Assembly: GCA_937936355.1 (NCBI GenBank)
Contig: CALDDM010000002.1
Span: 17,156 to 81,155 of the forward strand
Direction of reading: 5' to 3'
From: Minisyncoccota bacterium
GTDB taxonomy: Bacteria > Patescibacteriota > Minisyncoccia > Moranbacterales > GCA-2747515
Length of the DNA: 64,000 nt
Made by a program: the position numbers and the translations under genes. Each line of letters begins with the position of its first letter. The first letter of the stretch is position 1. The notes under the pieces were generated by a model that worked only from the letters and a program-made list of their open reading frames with translations, did no database searches and was not told where the DNA came from. This document shows, piece by piece, positions 16,919 to 25,883 of this stretch.

Positions 16919-16974
16919 GAACCTGCGACCAAGAGATTATGAGTCCCCTGCTCTAACCACTGAGCTACGGTCCC
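16902..16974 (-). tRNA. tRNA-Ile2(CAU), lysidine type
   Basis: GGGACCGTAGCTCAGTGGTTAGAGCAGGGGACTCATAATCTCTTGGTCGCAGGTTCAAATCC; CAU anticodon with an Ile2-like body; tilS is in the window. Confidence 0.85.
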
Positions 16975-17060
16975 AGGTAAGAGCCTGTGTATCCCACTGT
17001 TCATACAGTTTATACGATACATGCGCCTTCGTCAACAGAAACTCCCGTGGGAGTATTTTG

Positions 17061-17132
17061 TGCCGGGAGAGAGAATCGAACTCTCGACACAAGGATTTTC
17101 AGTCCTTTGCTCTACCACTGAGCTACCCCGGC
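17061..17132 (-). tRNA. tRNA-Phe(GAA)
   Basis: Cloverleaf with anticodon loop CTGAAAA. Confidence 0.95.
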
Positions 17133-17219
17133 ACGTCTAAATTTCTTTAGACAGCACTGACTACTACGCATGTACTAGCAAATGCTATCAAACCAATCCC
17201 TCTCATTTAATGCTTGGTG

Positions 17220-17293
17220 TGCACGCTGAGAGACTCGAACTCCCGGCCCTCTCGGTGTAAACGAGATGCTCTAACCAACTGAGCTAAGCGTGC
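17220..17293 (-). tRNA. tRNA-Val(UAC)
   Basis: Cloverleaf with anticodon loop TTTACAC. Confidence 0.95.
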
Positions 17294-17356
17294 ATATTTT
17301 GAATTTCTCTATTATATCGCAAAAGACAAATTCCGTGAATTTATCTTTATTGATAT

Positions 17357-17501
17357 GTGCTCAGGGCGGGACTTTCACATCGTCCCCGAGGGGACGATTA
17401 CAAAACCCACTGTTTCGTAAACTTCCTCTCACGGCAAACCTAGGTTTCCCGACACCTTCCTTATTTCAACTCCCTACTTCGCCGTGCTCAGGGCGGGACT
17501 T
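17357..17501 (-). mobile_element. 127-bp structured mini-element with 18-bp duplication of the tRNA-Leu 3' end
   Basis: gtgctcagggcgggactt at 17357-17374 and 17484-17501; interior homologous to the 16790-16918 element. Confidence 0.7.
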
Positions 17502-17568
17502 GAACCCGCACGCTATAAAATAGCCTAGGCCCTCAACCTAGTGTGTATACCAATTCCACCACCTGAGC
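17485..17568 (-). tRNA. tRNA-Leu(GAG)
   Basis: Long variable arm; anticodon loop TTGAGGG. Confidence 0.93.
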
Positions 17569-17744
17569 ATGTTTTTAAACTTACCGTACTCTACGGATCT
17601 GTGCAATTTTGTGAGACACACGAGGTGTGTATACCACTGTTGTCTTATTGCACCACCTGAACAGAACCTTGATTGTTACGCAATTCTACCACAAACAGTA
17701 AACTCTGGCATCATCTCAACAGGTGTACCAGAGTTTTTCCTTTT

Positions 17745-18296
17745 TTACTCCGCTTTTTTCTCTGAGTCCTTGCTCGTATCTTTTTCTACCACTGTATCTG
17801 AAGCCTCTTTTGCATCTTCCTTTGCTTCCTTGGTAGATTCAGCATCATCACTTTTTTCTGCGTCTTTTGAAGCCCCCTCTGACTCTTCCGCAGCTTCGTC
17901 CTTTTGTGCTGCTATAAATGCTGGCACCGCAATATCTTTGACATCTGTAAATTTAAACCGAAGAGCTTTTGCAGCCTTGTCTCGTACGTAGTATAGCTTT
18001 GAGCGACGTACCTTTGCACGCTTTACAAGCTCTACCTTTTCGATACTTGGTGAATTTACTGGCACAATTATCTCCACACCGTAGCCTCCAGCTGATACTT
18101 TTCGCACTGTGATCATAGGCGAGCTGCTCTGACCACCCTTCACAGCAATGATCATTCCTTCGAAGATTTGAATCCTCTCCTTATTCCCCTCTTTAATCTT
18201 GCGGTGAACTTTTACGACATCACCACTCCTGAGTGTACACTCACCCTTTGCGCTTGCGCGCTGTGCGTTGTTGAACGCGATTACCTTGCTCTGCAT
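17745..18296 (-). CDS. rplS: 50S ribosomal protein L19 with acidic/Lys-rich C-terminal tail
   Basis: GDVVKVHRKIKEGNKERIQIFEG, KVRRSKLYYVR. Confidence 0.95.
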   Translation of the reverse strand: MQSKVIAFNNAQRASAKGECTLRSGDVVKVHRKIKEGNKERIQIFEGMIIAVKGGQSSSPMITVRKVSAGGYGVEIIVPVNSPSIEKVELVKRAKVRRSKLYYVRDKAAKALRFKFTDVKDIAVPAFIAAQKDEAAEESEGASKDAEKSDDAESTKEAKEDAKEASDTVVEKDTSKDSEKKAE

Positions 18297-18448
18297 TTTC
18301 GTATGTTTAATAAAGGCGGCAGAGGTCTTTGCACGTGCATCGACATGTCCTAAAAAGTTACTCTATATTACAGCGATTGTAGGATTTCGTCAAGCATTTC
18401 AGTGTGTCACTGGTATTTGCTATACTTATTGACACATAATCATAGTTC

Positions 18449-19636
18449 TTGCACATGCCTTATTTTCTTTATTTCATTCTTCATTACCTCCTACTGCTCT
18501 TGGGTGCGTTATTTATCTCTGGCCTTATTTTTTTTCTGACACCTGAACTCCTGGATGATCAGCACGCTAACCGTGATACGCCTACAATTGAAGATCGTAT
18601 GGGTATTGACCCCTATGACAACGTCATCGTCCTCGAAGAACAGTGGACTCCCCCTCCGCTCAATCTCGCCGACATCCGATCACGTGGCTGTGTTGCAGAT
18701 GGTCTTTTGAGTGAGTACAACCACCCAGAGACAGATATTCCACTTGCACGATCCAGCTCTTGCTTGTATTTTCATCGCGCTCTCGAAACATGGCTTGACC
18801 CCCCTGATTTTTCTGACGCACTTGCGGTGATCGAAGAAATTGGTCGTGATGATGTTCACTATGGAATGTTTCTTGCAGAAGCGATCCGAACAAAAGCGAA
18901 CTATCTTTATCGCCAAGAAGGAAGAGATTTCGAATTTTCTGATATGTGTCGCAAGCAAAGCCGAAATTTTTGGGGAGAACACACTTGCAAACCCTCCCTC
19001 AAAAAACCAGAATATCAAGCATATCTCAAGCAAGTTACTCGTGATGCTATGGACATCGGTATTCGCGTTTTCCTGTTTGGGCAAATTCATTACCAAGAGG
19101 AGAAAATTAACTTTCCTAAAGTCGATAATGTCATACGGGATATGCGTGCATATGCCGATGAAAAGGGCTATGATATTTTGATTGGCGCACAAACTGGAGA
19201 TATCACCAATCGTCGCTACCTTGGATTCTTTGACTTTATAGAGGGAGGTGTTGGTATCAGCGCAGCAGGCACGGTAGAAGATGGTCCATGCTTTTCTAAG
19301 TACTGGAAGAAGCCTGGTGATTGGTGCTGGCCTCTTATGTGGCACAGTCGCTTCAAAGACCGCGCTGATAACGTCTTTGTCTACATGGATTGGAATGGTC
19401 AGGTTGGAGATGACATGCATACATTTGCATCACTCCCTGAAGATGCCCGCCATCGCGCACTTCAAACCATTCGCTCGCGCATGGATTCAGAAGGCGTTAG
19501 CTTTTTTCCGCCATTGATCACACCACTCCCCAAAGAAGGTACGGCTAACTGTAGCGGCCCAAAGAAAAGGTTTTACTCTCCCTCTATGGATCATGGATGC
19601 AGAGACTATGATGCAATTAATGCACTTTTGCAGTAA
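18449..19636 (+). CDS. Membrane-anchored Cys-rich hypothetical protein
   Basis: N-terminal TM, long ORF with multiple Cys; family not recognised. Confidence 0.7.
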   Translation: MHMPYFLYFILHYLLLLLGALFISGLIFFLTPELLDDQHANRDTPTIEDRMGIDPYDNVIVLEEQWTPPPLNLADIRSRGCVADGLLSEYNHPETDIPLARSSSCLYFHRALETWLDPPDFSDALAVIEEIGRDDVHYGMFLAEAIRTKANYLYRQEGRDFEFSDMCRKQSRNFWGEHTCKPSLKKPEYQAYLKQVTRDAMDIGIRVFLFGQIHYQEEKINFPKVDNVIRDMRAYADEKGYDILIGAQTGDITNRRYLGFFDFIEGGVGISAAGTVEDGPCFSKYWKKPGDWCWPLMWHSRFKDRADNVFVYMDWNGQVGDDMHTFASLPEDARHRALQTIRSRMDSEGVSFFPPLITPLPKEGTANCSGPKKRFYSPSMDHGCRDYDAINALLQ

Positions 19637-19716
19637 TGCGTACCCTTGTCGTTACCTACCTTCTCGAATTCTAAATGTATGCTATACTTTACATTATTAT
19701 TTCATCATTTTTATAT

Positions 19717-20346
19717 ATGAATCAGAAGTTTCTCCTTATAGGTGTGGTTGTTTTCGTTGGTTTCATTGCTGGACTCATGTATCTTGCTCATCTTGATGCT
19801 ACAACACCATCCTCTAGTGAAAGCAAGTTTCTTTCTTATGCGGAGGATCTTGGTCTTGATATGGATCAGTTTAAGAGTGACATTGCTAGCGATGCAGTTG
19901 CTGCGCGTGTGCAATCTGACCTTACGCTTGGCGAGAGTAAGAATGTCTCCTCTACACCAACCTTCTATGTAAACGGCTCCCCCGAACGACTTCCTAACGA
20001 TGTGGCTGCGATCAAGACATTCCTCGATACAAAAATTGAAGGATCAGAACCACAGCAGCTTCCTGAAGGGGCTCACTTCAAGGGATCAACTACGCCAAAA
20101 GTAATCATTGAGGAGTTTAGTGATCTTGAGTGTCCTGGGTGTGGTGCTTATGCCCCAACGCTCAAGGAGTTCTTTGAGACATATCCAGATAATGACATCG
20201 CTCTGGTCTATCGACACTTCCCCCTTACAAGTATTCACTTCTATGCAGAGTCAGCGGCTAAGGCATCTGAAGCTGCTGCGTTGCAAGGTAAATTCTGGGA
20301 AATGCACGATATCCTCTTTGAGAAGCAACGTGAGTGGAGCCGATAA
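19717..20346 (+). CDS. DsbA/BdbD-family thiol-disulfide oxidoreductase, circularly permuted
   Basis: TM anchor, then the cis-Pro segment VSSTPTFYVNG ahead of FSDLECPGC...YRHFPL...QGKFWEMHD. Confidence 0.85.
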   Translation: MNQKFLLIGVVVFVGFIAGLMYLAHLDATTPSSSESKFLSYAEDLGLDMDQFKSDIASDAVAARVQSDLTLGESKNVSSTPTFYVNGSPERLPNDVAAIKTFLDTKIEGSEPQQLPEGAHFKGSTTPKVIIEEFSDLECPGCGAYAPTLKEFFETYPDNDIALVYRHFPLTSIHFYAESAAKASEAAALQGKFWEMHDILFEKQREWSR

Positions 20347-20368
20347 ATGTTGAAAAAGACTCAGTTAG

Positions 20369-20404
20369 AAAGCCTCCCATCACTTGGATGAGGAGGCTTT
20401 TTTT
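20369..20404. terminator. Intrinsic terminator between convergent genes
   Basis: aaagcctcc-catc-acttg-gatga-ggaggcttttttt. Confidence 0.7.
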
Positions 20405-20464
20405 GTGTTCATATTTCTCCCATCTTGTATTGCACCACTTACACACAGGAACAATGCGCCTTCT

Positions 20465-21586
20465 TTAGAATGGATTTCGTGGTGCTCCTGCGCCGCGAAT
20501 TTCAAAGTGGAGATGCGGACCTGTTGAGCGACCAGTACTTCCCACGCGACCAATCAATTGACCCTTTTTAACTTGTTGTCCTTTTCCAACATCGAGTCGA
20601 GAGAGATGCGCATACAGCGTGATCAGGCCGTCAGGATGTGTAATAACGACATGCTTTCCATATCCACCACCCCAACCATTCGCAAGAACCTTCGTTACTT
20701 TTCCCGCATTGACAGCATAGATCTTTGTGCCCAAAGGTGCCGCGAGATCAACTGCATTCGTTGGGTGTAAAGTCTGCGTTTTTACGCGCATACCAGGTAG
20801 TGGATGAGTAAACCGACCCTTTGTCTGTGCAGAAATTTCTGCACGCCCCTGCAAGATTGATGGTGCAGTTGCTACTGTTACCGGTTTTGGACGCGGCGCA
20901 GGTGCAATTTGACCGCCTGGCACTATAATCTCTTGTCCACTTTTGATTTCGCCATTTGCAGGCAAATCATTGAAGGCAATAATCTCATCACGACTCGCCT
21001 TGTACTTGCGAGCAATTGTGTCGACTGTATCACTTGTGCGGACCTTATACTTGATTCCCGTTATTGGCAGTATAAATAATGTATCACCTGGGCTTATAGA
21101 GTCCTTGTTGGTGATGTCATTTGCCCACAGCAAGGTATTTACACTAATGTTGTTGTTACGAGCGATCACTGCTAGTGTGTCGTTTTTTTGTACTGTGTAA
21201 AGCTTTACCTCTGCACCAAGCTCGCCTGTTTCCGCATCGACGCCGTACACAAACAGATCTGCGCTGTCTGTCACTAGCTCGTCTGTGTTTGCTGGTCCAT
21301 CCTCTGCCGCAACCTCCTTACGCGTTTCGATGTCAGTGCCGAGTGCGAGTTGCAATGTCATGTCATCCGTCTGTGCAATGCCGGTTCCATCTTGGCCGCC
21401 AGTGTTTTGTACTTGTGAGATGAGCTGTGCTCCTGTTCCACTTGAGTAGTATCCTTCTAGGGACTCGCTGTTGTTTTTTGCACTCAGATTACTTCCAGTC
21501 ACAAACAGCGATGCTGCGATCACAGCTGTCAGACTTCCGTTATTACGTATAAAACGCCCAAGTGCAAAAAATACCTTTCCGCGCAA
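20465..21586 (-). CDS. LysM plus M23 peptidoglycan endopeptidase
   Basis: Two LysM repeats (YTVQKNDTL, YKVRTSDTV); M23 motifs HPTNAVD, YAHLS, GRSTGPHLHFE. Confidence 0.92.
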   Translation of the reverse strand: MRGKVFFALGRFIRNNGSLTAVIAASLFVTGSNLSAKNNSESLEGYYSSGTGAQLISQVQNTGGQDGTGIAQTDDMTLQLALGTDIETRKEVAAEDGPANTDELVTDSADLFVYGVDAETGELGAEVKLYTVQKNDTLAVIARNNNISVNTLLWANDITNKDSISPGDTLFILPITGIKYKVRTSDTVDTIARKYKASRDEIIAFNDLPANGEIKSGQEIIVPGGQIAPAPRPKPVTVATAPSILQGRAEISAQTKGRFTHPLPGMRVKTQTLHPTNAVDLAAPLGTKIYAVNAGKVTKVLANGWGGGYGKHVVITHPDGLITLYAHLSRLDVGKGQQVKKGQLIGRVGSTGRSTGPHLHFEIRGAGAPRNPF

Positions 21587-21881
21587 AATTGTAATGAATA
21601 ATTGCTCTCCCCTTGCAAAGAAGTGCCCGAGAAACTTGAAAGATTCCCTTATTTTTTCTAGGATGTCACCTTGGACTTTTTTGATAAACGAAGCTTATTT
21701 CATTATGACTTCATATTTACAATAAGAATAGACTCAGCTAAATTCCATCGCGACTGATTTACTCGTAAAATAAAGTTTCTTTATAGTAGTCCGACAAAAC
21801 CTCGATGTCAACTCTTTTTACATGACTCCACTCCCCTTACTACATGGTAAAATGCATATATCCTTGTTATTCTGGATTCAT

Positions 21882-22838
21882 ATGACTTCCCAACGGAAAC
21901 AACAAATCTTATCTTCCTCGATTGGCACCCTTTTAAAGGACTACCTTGTATACCTTGAGCTTGACCGTGGACGTAGCCTCTTGACGAGAGATAACTATGA
22001 ACTCCTTATCATGCGCTTTCTTGATTTTGCTGATGCGCCTGAACCTGCTGCGATCGACCTTGATACTGTAAAGTTTTATAGACAATACCTCAATCGACTT
22101 ACTGCAAAAAATAAAGGCTCTGACGAGCATACACTCAGCGTTGGCACACAAAATGCACACATGATTGCCTTGCGCGGTTTTCTTAAGTATCTTGCGCGAC
22201 ATGACATAGAAACACTTGCAGCAGAAAAAATTGAAGTGGGCAAAACTCCAGAACGTCACGTAGACTTCCTCGAACCAGAAGAGGTTGATCGCCTTTTACA
22301 ATCTACTAACGGCAAAGACTTGGCTAGCTTACGAGATCGCGCCCTCCTTGAGCTGCTTTTTAGCTCTGGTCTGCGTGTTAGTGAACTTGTTGGTCTTGAC
22401 CGCGAACATATCAACTTGGAACGACAGGAGTTTAGTGTGCGCGGTAAAGGCGGTAAGATTCGTATTGTCTTTATTTCAGACACAGCACGCGACGCAATCC
22501 AGAGATATATTGATCAGCGTACTGATATCGATCCAGCGCTCTTTATCAGACTCAAGACTGGGACTAACCCACTGGCAGATGAGTCAACACTGCGCTTGAG
22601 CGCCCGCAGTGTACAGCGCATGGTTAAGAAGCATGCTGTAAGCGCTGGCATCGTCAAGGACGTACATCCGCATACGTTGCGTCATTCTTTTGCAACAGAC
22701 CTCTTACAAAATGGCGCAGACATCAGAAGTGTTCAGGCTATGCTTGGTCATGCCAATATCACTACAACCCAAATCTACACACATGTCACAGATCAAGGCC
22801 TCAAAGAGATTCACAAAAAATTCCATGGAAAAAAATAA
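21882..22838 (+). CDS. XerC/XerD-family tyrosine recombinase
   Basis: RDRALLELLFSSGLRVSEL, GKGGKIR, HPHTLRHSFATDLL, MLGHANITTTQIYTH: intact R-K-H-R-H-Y. Confidence 0.93.
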   Translation: MTSQRKQQILSSSIGTLLKDYLVYLELDRGRSLLTRDNYELLIMRFLDFADAPEPAAIDLDTVKFYRQYLNRLTAKNKGSDEHTLSVGTQNAHMIALRGFLKYLARHDIETLAAEKIEVGKTPERHVDFLEPEEVDRLLQSTNGKDLASLRDRALLELLFSSGLRVSELVGLDREHINLERQEFSVRGKGGKIRIVFISDTARDAIQRYIDQRTDIDPALFIRLKTGTNPLADESTLRLSARSVQRMVKKHAVSAGIVKDVHPHTLRHSFATDLLQNGADIRSVQAMLGHANITTTQIYTHVTDQGLKEIHKKFHGKK

Positions 22839-22887
22839 AGGCAGCGCGGAAATCACACTGACTTTGGAGGCGAACTTTCTGCTCTGC

Positions 22888-23436
22888 TTAATTCTCAGAT
22901 CCATCTCCTGAGAAGATTGCATCGTAGTAGTCGATGATGCACTCCCTTGCATTTGCTGCAATTAAATCTTCTCGCGTATACTCTGTAAAGCCTTGCTCAA
23001 GGTCATATTCTTTACTCTCTAGTCCCTTGCGCATTATTTCTACCTCGGCATCAGACACCTCTAGTGCAAAGATTCTGTTGAGATCATGTCGCCCATTTTC
23101 CTGGCCAGGCGCTTCAGATCGATATGCCCACATAAACTCTCGACTTCCTAGGTGCTGCAATCGACTTTCCCCTACCTTAAGACCTGTTTCTTTTTCTAGC
23201 CGACGAATTACTGTTTCTGCAGCCCTCTCACCCTTTTGAGTGCGGCCACCAATGACCCAAATACCTTCTGCTGGCTTGTGTATGCGTATAGGCAGAATTA
23301 CCGTACCTCGCTCTCTACTATATGGAACAACATCGCTACATACCACCACACATCCATCAAGATATTCAACTAAAGCCTTACCTGAGAGAAAATTATTCTC
23401 AAGAGAATGCTCTATGTGTATTTTTTCTTCTAACAT
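22888..23436 (-). CDS. NUDIX hydrolase
   Basis: WVIGGRTQKGERAAETVIRRLEKETGL Nudix box. Confidence 0.8.
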   Translation of the reverse strand: MLEEKIHIEHSLENNFLSGKALVEYLDGCVVVCSDVVPYSRERGTVILPIRIHKPAEGIWVIGGRTQKGERAAETVIRRLEKETGLKVGESRLQHLGSREFMWAYRSEAPGQENGRHDLNRIFALEVSDAEVEIMRKGLESKEYDLEQGFTEYTREDLIAANARECIIDYYDAIFSGDGSEN

Positions 23437-23452
23437 TTTTAATTAGTTTTGT

Positions 23453-25735
23453 CTATACCTTTGTGAGATTAGTGTAAGTTTTTGCAATTTTCTTGAGTCC
23501 CTTTTTCTTAAAGACAATACTAATGGCCTCTGCATCACTCGCCACAACGACACCGATACCAAACTCTTCATGCTTAACGCGGTCACCATCTGCAAAATTC
23601 TGATTTTGCATTGTATCCCTCTTGTTATTACCTTCATCATCTTTACATATGACTTCCCTTTCACCTGTTGCTAAGTCGACTACTTCTGTGTCGTCTTCAA
23701 AATCATAGTATTTCTGAACCTTAGCTGGTCTATTTCTATAAGAATAGTCGTTCATTTCTGATTGCTCAGTTGTGATCAGCTCTAGCGGTATGTCATCGAG
23801 AAATCTACTTGGTGGGTTTGCCTGTACCGACCCAAAGAGCAGTCTTTGCCGCGTGTAGAGAAGGTAAACTTTTTGTTTTGCTCGTGTGATCCCCACATAC
23901 ATGAGTCTGCGCTCCTCCTCCATCTCACCGTGAGAGACAAGTGCCCGGTTATGTGGAAGTATGCCTTCCTCGAGACCAACAACAAACACCACAGGAAACT
24001 CAAGTCCCTTTGCGCTATGGAGCGTCATGAGATGTACCATATCAGTATCTTGCGCGATTTTGTCCGTATCGCTGGCAAGTGCAACCTCTTCGAGAAATTG
24101 TGGTAGAGCATCTGAGACATTGTCGTATTTTGCTGCAACAGAAAGTAGTTCTTGTACGTTTTCATGTCTTGCTTCGCCCTCTGGCGTTCCATCACTGAGC
24201 GCTGCACTGTAGCCGCTATTTTCATAGATATGCGCTATGAGATGCGTAAGTGGTTTCTCTCTTGCAATTTTTGCTGCGTTCGTGATAAATGTCGCAAACT
24301 CTGTGATCGTTTTTTGCTTTCCTTTTGGGAGTGCTTTTTGATATGCCTGCGCGTACTCTTTCTTTGCTGCAAAATCAATGAAATTTGTGTTAGCCTCTCG
24401 AGCACCAACGATCCAATTCTCTAGTGTTTTTGCTCCTATCCCTCGTCGTGGCTCCCCTACTGCACGCTCCAGCGCAAGGATGTTTGACGCATTAAAAACC
24501 AATTGCAAATACGCCATCATATCTTTTACTTCCTTACGCTCATAGAATCGTATCCCTCCAACGATCCTGTATGGAATCGCATTTTTGAGAAAGTATTCCT
24601 CTACAGCACGAGACTGCGCGTTTGTACGATATAGCACAACAAAATCACTATACCCGTGTAACCCATCTTGATTTGCCTTTGTTACAATATCAGCAATGTA
24701 TGCGGCCTCACCAGCCTCACTACTTGCTTCGTATACCGTCAGATTTTCCCCCTCTTTCTGATCAGTCCAAATTTTCTTATCTGTGCGCGCTGTGTTTTCT
24801 TTGATTACGCCAAATGCAGCGTCGAGTACTTTTTGCGTCGACCGGTAGTTTTGTTCTAGCTTGATAACTTGTGTTTTTGGATAGTCTTTCTCAAAGTTTA
24901 AAATATTTCTGACATCTGCCTGTCGCCATCCATAAATTGACTGCCAGTCATCTCCAACTGCAAAAATGTTTCCATGTCGCTGTGACAGTAGATTGATGAG
25001 CTTGTACTGCGCGTGATTGGTATCTTGATATTCGTCAACGAGAATGTACTCATATGTACGTTGAAACTTCTCGAGAACTTCTGGGAAATCTGTGAATAAC
25101 TTTATTGTCAATCTAATTAAATCATCAAAGTCCATTGCCTGATCATCCTGCAATCGTATTTGATATCTGTCATAAATTGCACCCAATTGCTCATCATAGT
25201 AACTATCCGCTTGTTGTTGAAACTCTGCCGGTGTAATCAGATTGTTTTTGGCCCGTGAAATCCCTTCCAACAGTGCGCGAGGCGCAAACTGCTGTGTTGA
25301 AATTTCCATTTCTCGCATGATTTTTTTGATCAAAGTGCGTTGGTCCTGCGCATCAAGGATCGTAAATGCCTTATCATAGCCAAGCATTCCAGCATATTCA
25401 CGTAGAAAGCGTACGCAAATACTGTGAAACGTGCCAATTAGCGGACCAGCTCCACGACTATAGCTCTCGTCAAGTAGATCATTAACACGTTCACGCATCT
25501 CACCAGCGGCCTTATTGGTAAATGTCACTGCAAGTACTGATGTAGGATGTACTCCTGATACCCTAATTAGATAAGCAATACGCCTCGTGAGGGCTGTGGT
25601 CTTTCCTGATCCCGCTCCTGCAATGATCAAATATGCTCCTTTATCCGCTTTTACAGCGCTTATTTGTGGCTTATTCAACCCCTTTAAGAGCTTTCTTTCT
25701 TGCTCATCTTTTTGTGCGTTGGTTATCTTATTCAT
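23453..25735 (-). CDS. pcrA: ATP-dependent DNA helicase PcrA/UvrD
   Basis: AGAGSGKT, VDEYQDTN, LEQNYRST, TLHSAKGLEF, EEERRLMYVGITRA, C-terminal Tudor (RVKHEEFGIG). Confidence 0.95.
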   Translation of the reverse strand: MNKITNAQKDEQERKLLKGLNKPQISAVKADKGAYLIIAGAGSGKTTALTRRIAYLIRVSGVHPTSVLAVTFTNKAAGEMRERVNDLLDESYSRGAGPLIGTFHSICVRFLREYAGMLGYDKAFTILDAQDQRTLIKKIMREMEISTQQFAPRALLEGISRAKNNLITPAEFQQQADSYYDEQLGAIYDRYQIRLQDDQAMDFDDLIRLTIKLFTDFPEVLEKFQRTYEYILVDEYQDTNHAQYKLINLLSQRHGNIFAVGDDWQSIYGWRQADVRNILNFEKDYPKTQVIKLEQNYRSTQKVLDAAFGVIKENTARTDKKIWTDQKEGENLTVYEASSEAGEAAYIADIVTKANQDGLHGYSDFVVLYRTNAQSRAVEEYFLKNAIPYRIVGGIRFYERKEVKDMMAYLQLVFNASNILALERAVGEPRRGIGAKTLENWIVGAREANTNFIDFAAKKEYAQAYQKALPKGKQKTITEFATFITNAAKIAREKPLTHLIAHIYENSGYSAALSDGTPEGEARHENVQELLSVAAKYDNVSDALPQFLEEVALASDTDKIAQDTDMVHLMTLHSAKGLEFPVVFVVGLEEGILPHNRALVSHGEMEEERRLMYVGITRAKQKVYLLYTRQRLLFGSVQANPPSRFLDDIPLELITTEQSEMNDYSYRNRPAKVQKYYDFEDDTEVVDLATGEREVICKDDEGNNKRDTMQNQNFADGDRVKHEEFGIGVVVASDAEAISIVFKKKGLKKIAKTYTNLTKV

Positions 25736-25883
25736 TGCGAAATTATACCATGAGTGTGTTGTAATTTTTCTTTTTATTTCATATCTCGTACTCCCTCGCC
25801 TTTGAGCGTTTATTTTGCTATAATTTGTTGTTACCTAGCTATTTCTATTCTCATACCATCCACAATTCGTCTGATTTCCTCCT

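Noticed and set aside
16790-17374. Extra tRNA genes or tRNA introns at 16790 and 17357
   Set aside because: Only the 18-20-nt 3' ends are duplicated; the upstream tRNAs are complete and uninterrupted.
16701-17523. ORFs 16701-17150, 16730-16942 and 17290-17523
   Set aside because: They are antisense shadows of tRNA genes.
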